NCBI GenBank assembly: GCA_965217865.1
Contig: CBDCJO010000001.1
Span: 128,001-192,000, forward strand
Direction of reading: 5' to 3'
From: Candidatus Latescibacterota bacterium
GTDB lineage: Bacteria > Latescibacterota > UBA2968 > SICM01
Length of the DNA: 64,000 nt
How positions within the stretch are numbered: the first letter of the stretch is position 1; every line of letters starts with the position of its first letter. Below, piece after piece: positions 1 through 10,015 of the stretch. Made by a program: the position numbers and the translations under genes. The notes beneath the pieces are model-generated. The model was not told the origin of the DNA, ran no database searches, and was given only the letters and a program-made list of their open reading frames with translations.

Positions 1-235
1 CGATTCTACGATAGAAGACCCACCATATGGTATCAATGGTGAGATCGTCTTCTACGAATTGGGGGTTCCCCCTAATTATGATACAATGCAGGAAGGCCAC
101 CTGCGTCGAGACCTTTGACATCGGTGGCCTGTCTTTTGCAATGGACAGTCCTCCAGTCCCACCCATCTCGGCACGCTGGCTGGAATGGAGGAGGTCGGTG
201 GCGCCTTTTTCCGATAATCCCCAAACGCAACCTCT

Positions 236-1372
236 ATGAAATATCTGATATACATCGCCATGATCCTGGTCTGTCCGGTCCATCTGGTCGCGGAGCTTCC
301 AGAAATTCCGGTCTCCAAGGCGGGGAAGAAAACTATCCAGATCAAAGCCGGCAGGAATCAAGGGGTCAAAAAGGGGATGAAGCTTGACGTCTTCCGGCAG
401 GAAGAGAGGGTCCTTCATCCGATAACGGGTGAGGTGTTGGGCAGTCCCAAAGTGAAAATCGCCGAAGTCAAGATCGCGAAGGTGTTCTGGAACTCTTCCC
501 AAGGCAAGATTACCTTGAGCTACGCCCCGATATTAGCCGGAGATGTCGTCCGTGAGTCCGGGTCGGTGCCAATGGAGCCAGTGGACGCACCTGCTTCGAT
601 GGGTTCCTCCAAGGCCATGCCCCGGGGATCCGATTATATAAACGAAATCGCCGAGCGCCTAACAAGCGAGATTGCAGGCGTCAAAAAGAAAATCAAGTCC
701 TTAACCAAAACCCTGAGACGCATCGGAAAGATCGAGAGGGGTATTGCCCGAATGCGTGGTGAAATCGGGGCGATGCAATCGAATATCTCCAACCTCAAAC
801 AGGAAGTTGAAATCCTTAAGGAAACCTCCGGGTCGAAGGAGGCCGTAACGATCAACAGGGATAACCTCGAAGAGTTCATGATCAAGTTCGACGATCTCAA
901 CATTCCGGTCAAGTCGGGGCCCGAGCCCTTTCTGCTTCCCTTTGAGTCATTTGCACAGATTCTTCTCCCGTATGTCCGAAAAGGGCAACACGCTTCCGTC
1001 GACTCCCTCGTGAGCGCCAAATTCGCTGAGATGAGCACCTCGAAAACACTCACGATGGGTATGAAATCCGAAGAGGGTCATGTCTCCTCTGAGGCCAATG
1101 GTCACGGGAAAGACCCGATGGATGAACTCCAGGGGCTCATTAACGGTGAAGCGCCCAAATCGACCTGGAAGGATTATCTGTTCAGCTACTGGTGGGTTCT
1201 TGCAGGAGGCGGGGTTTTCCTCTTCCTCCTGATTATCGTCATGAAGATCATGCGGAAGAAAGCCCCGGCCGAAGATGAGGAAGGTTTCCTGGCCCTCGAC
1301 CAGGAGGAAGATATCCCCATGCCCGAACCCGTTCCGGAAGTCGCAACGACCGAAGGAGAGGAACAAAGTTGA
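236..1372 (+). CDS. Secreted/membrane-anchored hypothetical protein: signal peptide, FlgT C-terminal-like beta domain, coiled coil, C-terminal TM helix and acidic tail
   Basis: 378-aa ORF; hydrophobic N-terminus; GRNQGVKKGMKLDVFR..HPITGEVLG motif typical of FlgT_C-like domains; heptad coiled-coil segment; YWWVLAGGGVFLFLLIIVM TM then KKAP. Confidence 0.7.
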   Translation: MKYLIYIAMILVCPVHLVAELPEIPVSKAGKKTIQIKAGRNQGVKKGMKLDVFRQEERVLHPITGEVLGSPKVKIAEVKIAKVFWNSSQGKITLSYAPILAGDVVRESGSVPMEPVDAPASMGSSKAMPRGSDYINEIAERLTSEIAGVKKKIKSLTKTLRRIGKIERGIARMRGEIGAMQSNISNLKQEVEILKETSGSKEAVTINRDNLEEFMIKFDDLNIPVKSGPEPFLLPFESFAQILLPYVRKGQHASVDSLVSAKFAEMSTSKTLTMGMKSEEGHVSSEANGHGKDPMDELQGLINGEAPKSTWKDYLFSYWWVLAGGGVFLFLLIIVMKIMRKKAPAEDEEGFLALDQEEDIPMPEPVPEVATTEGEEQS

Positions 1373-2606
1373 TACCTAAAAAACAACGATTTTTCGAAAA
1401 CCCGATATTGAAGCCCCTATCCATCATACTGATGTCATTCGTCCTCCTGCCCGGTCTTGCCGGGGGAGATCAACACGAGTCGATGACCTCGAAAATGGAG
1501 GCCAGCAAATCCCCGAAGGGCTATGTCCTGCACGTCAAGGGAAAGCTCGTCTACCTCGATCTTGGAATGCGGGATGGCGTTCGGGTAGGCGATTCCTTTG
1601 AGATCATCCGGATGGAGGAGCTGGTCCACCCGGTCACCGGGGAACACCACGGAGGTAAGGCCACGATCGGAACGGTAAGAGTCACCCAGGTATTCGAAAA
1701 GCTGTCCATTGCGGAGGTTCTCTCCACCCTCCCGGGAAGGCGGAAATGGCCAAGATGGATCGCATCCGGATGGGAAACGAGCCGATGAGCCCATCTTCCT
1801 CGGAAGGGGACATGAGCCAGATGGAGATGGACGGGGAGCACGAAGGCGATCTGATCCACACCCCCGATGGCGTGTTGAGAGGCCTGGACCTCGGTCTTGG
1901 CGGCGGTTTCGTTACAAAGGAGAAGACGAGGCTGTTCGGCCTGGACCTCCTGATCCCGATGTCCCAGCGATATGCTGTGGGGGGTGAGTTCGGTTTGAGC
2001 AAGGAGACCCACGCGGTCCCGGGCGGAGAGCTATCGGATTCCGATCAGGAGATCGGAGGAAAGATCCGGACCTACTTCGGCTGGCGCGAGAAAGAGGGAA
2101 TGAATGCCGACGGAAACGCGGGCTCCGTTGTCGTGGACTTGACCGGTGGAATCAGTCGCCTGAAAATGACGGATGAAACTTTCGCGGTGGTGGACACAAA
2201 CCAAACCCCTCCGGACACGACTGCGGCCGTCATCCTTACGGAAAAAAAGAGCAACAATTTTCTCAATTTCGGATTCCTCTTCCCCTGGTCCGAGAAGATG
2301 ACCTTTGGCCTGGGCTACGACTGGTCAAAAAATACAGGACGGATCACCGGCTTACTTCGATACTATACCAGCACCATAGATTCCGATTGGGTCGGGGCGA
2401 ACCCGGACGGGAAGATCGGCTCGCTGGTCCTGACCCTCTTCGGGAGTCGCGACTCTAAGGCCGCAAGCTCCAAAGCCAGGATGGGCATCGACATCAAGCT
2501 CCCCCTCTCTCAGATGATCACATTCGGCTTGACCCTCGACACCAACCGGACCGCCCATCAGGTTCGCGGAGGCCTGAACCTTCACGTCGAGAAAAAACTG
2601 TTTTGA
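1369..2606 (+). pseudogene. FlgT_C-like domain plus probable outer-membrane beta-barrel, split by a -1 frameshift near 1735 (ORFs 1369..1788 and 1746..2606); may be a sequencing error
   Basis: VYLDLGMRDGVRVGDSFEI..HPVTGE domain continues logically as AEMAKMDRIR in the other frame; distal part has alternating amphipathic strands and a terminal Phe. Confidence 0.55.
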
Positions 2607-2750
2607 TCCCTAAATGGAGGTCTGCTTCGTTGAATTCATAACGGCAGAATGATTCGGTAACAAACAGAGTTGTTAGACGCTTATAAGCCGAATTCCGAGC
2701 TTGCTTCGGATATCGGCTTTTTGTATTTTGATAGCTGGAGGTGATAAACC

Positions 2751-3347
2751 CTGACAACTTTCAAAACGCAGGCTACGGTGACATCGGGAGGGCGGATGAC
2801 CTTGAAGGCCCCGTCCGGCATTCCCGCCGGAGAGGTCGAGGTGGTCGTTACCCTCCGGGATTCCGACTCGGACACCCGCGCTGTCGAAACGTTGGATCGG
2901 GATAAGGTCGTCCTTTTGGAAACAAATATCGACGACATGAACCCGGAGATATACGGTTATCTGATCGAACGTCTGTTGTCTTCAGGCGCGAAAGATGCCT
3001 ACCTCACCCCCATCATCATGAAAAAGGGCCGACCCGCAATAAAAATCAGCGTCCTCGCTGACGAAGCCGAGGTCGATCGCGTAGCCCATATCCTGATGCA
3101 GGAGACGACGACTCTGGGTATCCGCACGTTCCGGGGGGACCGCTACAAACTCCCCCGAACAACGACGTCTGTGAATACCTCCTTCGGGCCGTTGAGAATG
3201 AAAACTACAGAGCGCAATGGACACCGACATTCCACACCCGAATTCGACGACTGTGAACGAATCGCAGTGGAGAAGGGGGTCCCGATTCTCGAGGTTTACG
3301 CCGAAGCCCGGAGGGCGTGGGAAGAACTGGAGGGGAATCGGTCTTGA
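2751..3347 (+). CDS. LarC (DUF111, nickel-pincer cofactor Ni insertase) C-terminal domain protein with a short extra N-terminal domain
   Basis: LLETNIDDMNPE, TPIIMKKGRP, ETTTLGIR, PEFDDC motifs of the LarC C-terminal half; GGAGGTGA RBS precedes in-frame CTG 2751 (track start GTG 2778). Confidence 0.8.
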   Translation: MTTFKTQATVTSGGRMTLKAPSGIPAGEVEVVVTLRDSDSDTRAVETLDRDKVVLLETNIDDMNPEIYGYLIERLLSSGAKDAYLTPIIMKKGRPAIKISVLADEAEVDRVAHILMQETTTLGIRTFRGDRYKLPRTTTSVNTSFGPLRMKTTERNGHRHSTPEFDDCERIAVEKGVPILEVYAEARRAWEELEGNRS

Positions 3348-4147
3348 CGCTTAGGGAGGTTCTCGTGAACGGATCACGGATTCGAGTCATACTCGCCCTG
3401 TTCCTGGTTGGAGCCGTTCTCCCCGCTTGGGGCACTGAACCGAAATGGTCAAAATGGGAGGGGGACGTGGATTTCGGTGGCTGGATCGACGAGTTTAACT
3501 CGATGAAGATCCTCCCATCGAATGACCCCAAGAAGAAACGCATCGTATATGGCGACCTTCGGGGGCGCATCCACATCCTTGAATTCCAGAAGAACGGCTT
3601 TCAGAAGGAGTGGAGCAGCGAAGAGCTGAAGTCCTCGGTGATGGAGGTATTTATCGAGGACATGGACGGAGACGGGCGGCAGGAAATCGTGGCCTACACG
3701 GAGCGGGGAAAGATTATCTTCTACGACCCGGACGACTATCAGCTCCTCTGGCAGAATCAGGAAACCGACTTCGAGTCGATCACCTGTATGAAAATCGACA
3801 ACATCGATGGCGATCCGAACGTGGAGCTGATTTTCATCGCAGACGACCGGCTCTACATATACGATGGCAAGGGGAGATTCCAGAAATGGGCGAGCCAGCA
3901 GGAGTATCCCGCCACCGACATGGTCATCGGCGACGTGGATGGGGACGGGGTGAAAGACATCGTCCTCAATACCGGGTATGTGATCGACGCCTGGTTCAAG
4001 AGAGTGATCTGGCAGTCCCCCGAGGCCTTTGGGGAACGGATGGGGCTTCTGGACGTCGACAACGACGGGGTTCCGGAAATCATCTCCCAGTTCGAAGGGA
4101 GGTTTTTAAAGATCTTCTCCGTGGTCGAACGTCGGGAGAAAATGTAG
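3344..4147 (+). CDS. Secreted FG-GAP/VCBS-type repeat protein
   Basis: Four DxDGDGxxE/D-I loops (DMDGDGRQEI, NIDGDPNVEL, DVDGDGVKDI, DVDNDGVPEI); signal peptide; TTG overlaps upstream TGA with GGAGG RBS. Confidence 0.75.
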   Translation: MTLREVLVNGSRIRVILALFLVGAVLPAWGTEPKWSKWEGDVDFGGWIDEFNSMKILPSNDPKKKRIVYGDLRGRIHILEFQKNGFQKEWSSEELKSSVMEVFIEDMDGDGRQEIVAYTERGKIIFYDPDDYQLLWQNQETDFESITCMKIDNIDGDPNVELIFIADDRLYIYDGKGRFQKWASQQEYPATDMVIGDVDGDGVKDIVLNTGYVIDAWFKRVIWQSPEAFGERMGLLDVDNDGVPEIISQFEGRFLKIFSVVERREKM

Positions 4148-4254
4148 GACGGTATTCGATAAGTACAGCCACCTCCCTCCCCCTCCGATCACCCTTTCAT
4201 CCGATTCCATTCCCCCTCTGGATTTCCTTGACAACCCAAAGGGTCCCTTTTACT

Positions 4255-4376
4255 AAGATTGAATATTGAAGTAAGACCCTACCACTCATCCCCACCGGAA
4301 TACAGAAGTCAGAAGAAGACCTGAATTCAACTCAGACGTCAAATCGTGAGACGTGAGATGCGTGTCGGAGGTCGGA
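4255..4376. repeat. 122-bp intergenic direct repeat, copy A (copy B 10037..10165), built of heptamer units
   Basis: AAGATTGAATATTGAAGTAAGACCCTACC...GTGTCGGAGGTCGGA is identical to copy B except one substitution and one missing TACAGAA unit. Confidence 0.9.
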
Positions 4377-4444
4377 AAGGCAGGGGATCGTGGATCGTGA
4401 TTCGGAGAACCAATGACGGACATATAAAATCGGACAGGTGTCAG

Positions 4445-4481
4445 ACCTAACCCCTGGCCCCTTCCCTAAAGAGAAGGGGAA
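4445..4481. repeat. REP-like palindrome (CCTAACCCC..CCCCTTCCC-TAAA-GAGAAGGGGA)
   Basis: Short GC hairpin preceded by CCTxACCCC; same architecture as 22281..22335 and 61841..61963. Confidence 0.5.
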
Positions 4482-4751
4482 TATCGCCTATATTTTAGCT
4501 TAACTTCAAACATTGGATAACACAATGATTTGGCGTAGTAACGAACAGGCCTTCCGTTGGGGTTATTTAGAGTCTTACAGTATGACTTCTACGCAAGATG
4601 CGTACATCTTTTTGGTTGCGGCTGAGTGAAACGAAGCCCGCGATAGGAACTTCTAAACTTCCAATCAACCCAACGAAAGGCCACAGTGCTGAATACCGTA
4701 TAACTGCTTTGGCCCTCCATAATTTCCTACCGATCCACCTCGCTAATTCCC

Positions 4752-4780
4752 TTGACAACCCAAGTATCCCGCCGTAAATT
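4752..4780 (+). promoter_or_regulatory. Sigma70-type promoter upstream of NHL gene 1
   Basis: TTGACA (4752) - 17 bp - TAAATT (4775). Confidence 0.6.
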
Positions 4781-5012
4781 TAAATTGTACCTCATTTAAT
4801 GTTTCCTTTTTACATAAGGAGGGCATAGATGGATGCCCTAACATTTATCTGGGACAAACCGACAAGCCGCATATTATAGGTGCGGCTTTAAGTGTTTATA
4901 GGGGCATTCTACCCTCTCACCAATCCCGGTACTGGTTGATGCTTTCAAGAAAACGATTTCGATCTGACCGCATCGGCTCCGGTGCCAAAAAGATTTTCGG
5001 AGGAAAGTCGTT

Positions 5013-7310
5013 ATGTCACGTCTATGCATCGTTATTGTCTGGGTGCTCTGCCTTCAGCATCCGGGAGACCTGGCCGCCGTTGAGGCCACGGATAAAATCA
5101 CGACCTTTGCGGGCGCGGTAGCGGGTGGATATTCAGGGGACGGAGGTCCCGCAAACGAGGCCAAGTTAACGGAACCGCGTGGCATTTTCATTGATGAAAA
5201 GGGGGTCATCTACATCGCCGACACTAACAATCATGTCATCCGCCGCGTGGGCATCGACGGGGTTATCACGACCGTAGCGGGAACTGGAGATCCGGGTTAT
5301 TCAGGGGACGGGGGACCCGCGACAGAGGCCCTCATACGAGATCCGTGGGACGTGGCCGTGGACTCAAGGGGGAACATGTACATCGCCGGCAACTATAATC
5401 AGGTCGTCCGCCGCGTGGACCCGGACGGGATCATCACGACATATGTGGGTACAGGAAAATTGGGCGAGGGGTCGGTGGGTGGGGAAGGTGCTTTTAACGG
5501 GGAAGACGGGGAGGCCACGAAGGTCGATCTCTTCCGGCCGCGAGGGTTGGCTTTGGATAGATCGGGGAACCTCTTCATCTCCGACTCGCAGAATCACCGT
5601 ATCCGCAAAGTGGGCTTTTTCACGGAATTCCTCACGACTGTTGCAGGGGCGGGACCTGGCGGAATTGTGGGTGGAGCGGGAGGGGTAGGTGATTTTGCAG
5701 GGGACGGAGAGTCGGCGACGGGGGAAGATACCAGGCTGGGAAACCCGTCCGGCATAGCTGTTAGTGCAGGCGGTGATATCTACATTGCCGACGTGAGAAA
5801 TCACCGCATCCGCCTGGTGAGCGTCGGGAGCATAACGACCTTTGCGGGAGGGAGGGGTGATCGGGCTTTGATCAGGGATGACGTTAGGCCCATGGAGGCC
5901 GACTTGTTCCAACCGCACGGCGTAGCCGTGGATGCAGAAGGAAGCGTCTACATCGCCGACACACTCAACCATCGAATCCGCATAGTGACCCAGGGGAGAA
6001 TCAAGATAATTGCGGGTTCTTCGGAAGATAAAGATATAGACGGTAATCCCGAGGGGAAAAATACCGGGGACGGAGGTCCGGCGAACCAGGCCCGGTTGAA
6101 CAGACCCTTCGGCGTGGCCGTGGATGCGGACGGCATAAACGTCTATTTCGTCGACACGGTAAACCACCTCGTCCGCCGCGTGGGACCCGACGGGATCCTC
6201 TCCCTCATGGTAACATCCCTGGCGTTCGACACGACCGGGGTCGATGGGAGTTCTGAGCAGACCCTGGAGGTCCATAACACAGGGATCGGGCCCCTGACCC
6301 TCACCGGGTTTTCGTTCAGCGGTACGGGAAGAAGGGATTACCAGGGGCAGGAGACCCTGCCCACGATCGACGCCGGGGGCATCGAGACCGTCACCGTGAT
6401 TTTCACCCCCTCCAGAGAAGGGGCCCGGCCGGCCACCATGTTTGTGGAATCCGACGCCGGGCACAAAGGGATCGACGTGACAGGGTTCGCCGTGGAGGGC
6501 GGTCCGGAGATCAGCCTGTCGGTTACCACCCTGGCGTTGGAGACCATCAAGGTGGGTGAGAACGCCGTTCAGGGGACGATCACGATCACGAACCCGGGCG
6601 TCCAGGATCTCTCCATCACCGGGATCACCCTGGAGGGAACCGATGTTTCTGAATTCGACGTTTCCCCCACCTCGGCCACGATCGCACCCGGGGGTTCGGA
6701 GACCATAACGATTACATTCGATCCTGCCTCTATCGGGAATAAGTCGATCACCATGCTCGTGGATCACAACGCCGGGGATCAACTCACCGTCGACCTGACC
6801 GCGGTCGCAGAGGGCGGACCGGTCCTCAGTCTTGCGGCCGATGTCGTGTCGTTCGACGGCGTGGAGGCGGAGACAACCGACCAGGGAACCTTCACGATTA
6901 ACAACCCGGGCACCGAGGACCTCACCATCACGGGCATCACCGTGGAAGGGACGCACGCGTCTGAGTACGAGGTCTCGACGACTCAGGTCACGATCGCTTC
7001 GGGAGGGTCCGAGACGATAACCGTGATATTTTCTCCGACATCTCCGGGGACCAAGTCGGCCAGCCTCCTGATCGACCACAACGCGGGGGATCCCACGACC
7101 GTTCGCCTGTCCGGGGTGGTTTATGCCGCCGGGACATCTCCGGACTTCGACGGGTCGGGCAATGTGAATCTGGATGATTTCTTCCTGTTTGCAGTCGCAT
7201 TCGGCCAGGAGCCGACAGGTGACAACGTCCGTTTCGACCTGGACGGCAACAACAAGATCGATTTTGACGACTTCTTCCTCTTCGCAGGGGCGTTCGGCAA
7301 GGATGTGTAG
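5013..7310 (+). CDS. Secreted NHL-repeat (teneurin-like) beta-propeller protein with three ASH/choice-of-anchor-D Ig domains and a paired EF-hand/dockerin-like C-terminal tag
   Basis: Repeats AGTGxxGYSGDGGPA and P.GVAVD..G.VYIADT.NHRIR; three ITNPGxxDLxIT..IAPGGSETITVTFxP units; C-terminal DFDGSGNVNLDDFFLFA..DLDGNNKIDFDDFFLFA. Confidence 0.88.
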   Translation: MSRLCIVIVWVLCLQHPGDLAAVEATDKITTFAGAVAGGYSGDGGPANEAKLTEPRGIFIDEKGVIYIADTNNHVIRRVGIDGVITTVAGTGDPGYSGDGGPATEALIRDPWDVAVDSRGNMYIAGNYNQVVRRVDPDGIITTYVGTGKLGEGSVGGEGAFNGEDGEATKVDLFRPRGLALDRSGNLFISDSQNHRIRKVGFFTEFLTTVAGAGPGGIVGGAGGVGDFAGDGESATGEDTRLGNPSGIAVSAGGDIYIADVRNHRIRLVSVGSITTFAGGRGDRALIRDDVRPMEADLFQPHGVAVDAEGSVYIADTLNHRIRIVTQGRIKIIAGSSEDKDIDGNPEGKNTGDGGPANQARLNRPFGVAVDADGINVYFVDTVNHLVRRVGPDGILSLMVTSLAFDTTGVDGSSEQTLEVHNTGIGPLTLTGFSFSGTGRRDYQGQETLPTIDAGGIETVTVIFTPSREGARPATMFVESDAGHKGIDVTGFAVEGGPEISLSVTTLALETIKVGENAVQGTITITNPGVQDLSITGITLEGTDVSEFDVSPTSATIAPGGSETITITFDPASIGNKSITMLVDHNAGDQLTVDLTAVAEGGPVLSLAADVVSFDGVEAETTDQGTFTINNPGTEDLTITGITVEGTHASEYEVSTTQVTIASGGSETITVIFSPTSPGTKSASLLIDHNAGDPTTVRLSGVVYAAGTSPDFDGSGNVNLDDFFLFAVAFGQEPTGDNVRFDLDGNNKIDFDDFFLFAGAFGKDV

Positions 7311-7314
7311 GGAA

Positions 7315-7502
7315 GCAGAGGTCGGAGGCCAGAGGTCAGGGGTCGGGGAAAAGCAGAAGCAGGTGGCAGGGGCCAGGGGTCAGATCCACGTGATTCGTCG
7401 TTCGTGATTCGTGATTCGGATCATTTGCTTTTCCGATTCCCGAATCACGAACCACGATCCACGGCCTTTCCGATCCCCGAGTCACGATCGACGATCCACG
7501 GG
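7315..7502. repeat. Mosaic heptamer array with internal inverted repeat
   Basis: GCAGAGG TCGGAGG CCAGAGG TCAGGGG TCGGGGA ... TTCGTCG TTCGTGA TTCGTGA; TTCGTGATTCGG (7408) pairs with CCGAATCACGAA (7440). Confidence 0.85.
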
Positions 7503-7535
7503 TTTTTTGGCACATACCGCAGTAATCTGCACCAT

Positions 7536-7566
7536 AACAAAAGACTCCCGAATGGGAGCCTTTGTT
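7536..7566 (+). terminator. Intrinsic terminator after NHL gene 1
   Basis: AACAAAAGACTCCC-GAAT-GGGAGCCTTTGTT hairpin; homologous copy at 10242. Confidence 0.6.
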
Positions 7567-7761
7567 TGTCCTAAGTTATCCTAAGTTTCAAAACCGAGTC
7601 AACAACCAACCCCTACGCTGAATCTCCTTGGCACACCCCCCCCTCCGTAAATTTACATTGCCATTCATTATAAGGTTCCTTTATACAGAAGGAAGGCATC
7701 GATGGATGCCCAATCGTAAATCGAGGACAACCTACCGCCGCATATTCGGAGGAGATTCGTT

Positions 7762-10015
7762 ATGTCACGTCTATACATCGTTATTGTCTGTGTGCTCTGC
7801 CTTCAGCATCCGGGAATCCTGACCGCAGATGAGACCCCGAATATCTCGACCTTTGCGGGAACTGGAGACCCGGGTCTTTCAGGGGACGGGGGGGCGGTAA
7901 ATGAGGCCAAGCTGAGGACTCCGAGGGGCCTGTTCCTGGATGAAAGGGGGGTCCTCTACATCGCCGACTACGGCAATAACGTCATCCGCCGTGTGGGCCT
8001 GGACGGGATCATCGAGACGGTTGCCGGAAACGGAGATGAGGGTTTTTCCGGGGACGGGGGACTCGCTACGGAAGCCAAATTGAGCGGTCCGTCCGGTGGC
8101 CGTGGATTCAAAAGGGAACATATACATCGCCGACTCACAGAATAACCACATCCGCGTTGTGGACCCGGACGGGATTATCTCGACCTTTGCGGGTTCGGGA
8201 ACCACCCCAGCAGCCCAGAGGGGTTTGGTAGGTGGTTTTTCCGGGGACGGGGGACCCGCTACGGCGGCCGAGTTGAACAGTTGCGACGGCGTGGCCGTGG
8301 ATAGATCGGGGCACGTGTACATCGGCGACCGGAATAATCACCGCGTCCGCAAAGTGAACGCGTTCACCGGAGACATCTCGACCATCGCGGGTTCGGGCGA
8401 TAGAGCTTTCAGGGGGGACGGGGAACAGGCTACAGAGGCCTCGCTGGACGGCCCGACCGACATCGCGATAGTCGGGACGGACATCTACTTCACGGACGGG
8501 AGAAATCACCGCGTCCGCCTTATAGACGCCACCGGGGGCATCACGACCTTTGCCGGTGGACGGGGAGACAGGGCGCAACTCAGGACGGGCGTCAAGGCGA
8601 CGGATGCCTCCCTGTTCTGGCCGACCGGGTTAGCCGTGGATTCCAAAGGAAACGTCTACATCGCCGACTCCTTCAATCAACGCATCCGAGTTGTGGACAC
8701 AGGCAGGATCATCGATGCCGTTGCGGGATCGAAGTTCGATAAAGATGCTGACGGCAATCCCAAGGGCGCATATACCGGGGACGGGGGTCCGGCGAACCAG
8801 GCCGAGCTGAACCGACCCTACGGCGTGGCCGTGGATGCGGACGGCATAAATGTCTACTTTTCCGACGGGGAAAATAACGTCATCCGCCGCGTGGGCCCGG
8901 ACGGGATCATCGCGCTAACGGTCACATCCCTGACGTTCGACACGACGGGGGTCGGGGGGAGTTCGGAACAGACCCTGGAGGTCTCGAACATCGGGACCGG
9001 TCCCCTGACTATCACGGAGTTCACGTTCAGCGGTTCGGGAAGAAGGGATTACCAGGGGCAGGAGACCCTGCCCACGATCGACGCCGGGGGCATCGAGACC
9101 CTAACCGTGATTTTCGCCCCCAGCAGAAAAGGGGCCCGGTCTGCCGTCCTGTTCGTGGAATCCGACGTGGGGTCCAAAGGGATCGACGTGACAGGGTTCG
9201 CCGTGGAGGGTGGTCCGGAGATCAGCCTGTCTGCCTCCACCCTGTCGTTGGAGACCATCAAGGTGGGTGAGAACGCCGTTCAAGGCACGATCACGAACCC
9301 GGGCGTCTAGGATCTTTCGATCACTGCGATCACCCTTGAGGGGGCCGATGTTTCGGAATTCGACGTCTCCCCCACCGGGGTCACGATCGCACCCGGGGGG
9401 TCGGAGACCATAACGATTACATTCGATCCTGCCTCTATCGGGAATAAGTCAATCACCGTTCACGTGGATCACAACGCCGGGGATCAGCTGACCGTCGACT
9501 TGACCGCGGTCGCAGAAGGCGGACCGGTCCTCAGCCTGCCCGCCGATGTCGTGTCGTTCGACGGCGTGGAGGCGGAGACAATTGATCAGGGATCTTTCAC
9601 GATCACCAATCCGGGCACCGAGGACCTCTCCATCACCGCGATCACCGTGGGAGGGACACACGCTTCTGAGTACGAAGTCTCGACGACTCAGGTCACGATC
9701 GCTTCGGGAGGGTCTGAGACGATCACGGTGATATTTTCTCCGACATCTCCGGGGACGAAGTCGGCCAGCCTCCTGATCGATCACAACGCGGGGGATCCCA
9801 CGATTGTTCGCCTGTCCGGGGTCGTTTATGCCGTGGGGACGTCACCCGATTTCGACGGGACGGGCAAAGTGGATCTGGAGGATTTCTTCCTGTTTGCAGC
9901 CGCCTTCAGTCAAGAGCCGACAGGTGATAACGTCCGTTTCGACCTGGACGGCAACAACAAGATCGATTTTGACGACTTCTTCCTCTTCGCAGGGGCCTTT
10001 GGGAAGGATGTGTAG
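7762..10015 (+). pseudogene. Second NHL/Ig/EF-hand paralogue, disrupted (frameshift ~8095, in-frame TAG 9308..9310)
   Basis: ORFs 7762..8145, 8096..9310 and 9464..10015 are collinear with gene 1; 2 nt missing in GGT-GTG-GCC; CAG->TAG and loss of one ATCACG unit relative to gene 1; frame resumes after TAG to the same C-terminal tag. Confidence 0.85.

Noticed and set aside
2634-2716. Possible integron attC site (TCATAAC ... GTTAGAC)
   Set aside because: Too short, core sites not complementary, no integron integrase or cassette array
5364-7079. 571-aa antisense ORF, and similar long shadow ORFs such as 11908..13143, 21160..22131, 25130..26368, 28638..29381, 53074..54081
   Set aside because: They lie opposite well-supported genes; explained by GC-rich codon bias; no motifs
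7315-7502. CRISPR array
   Set aside because: Repeats are 7-nt units without unique spacers; no cas genes in the window
9308-9310. In-frame TAG as pyrrolysine or readthrough
   Set aside because: The paralogue has CAG, the gene has other lesions, and TAG is used as a normal stop elsewhere in the window
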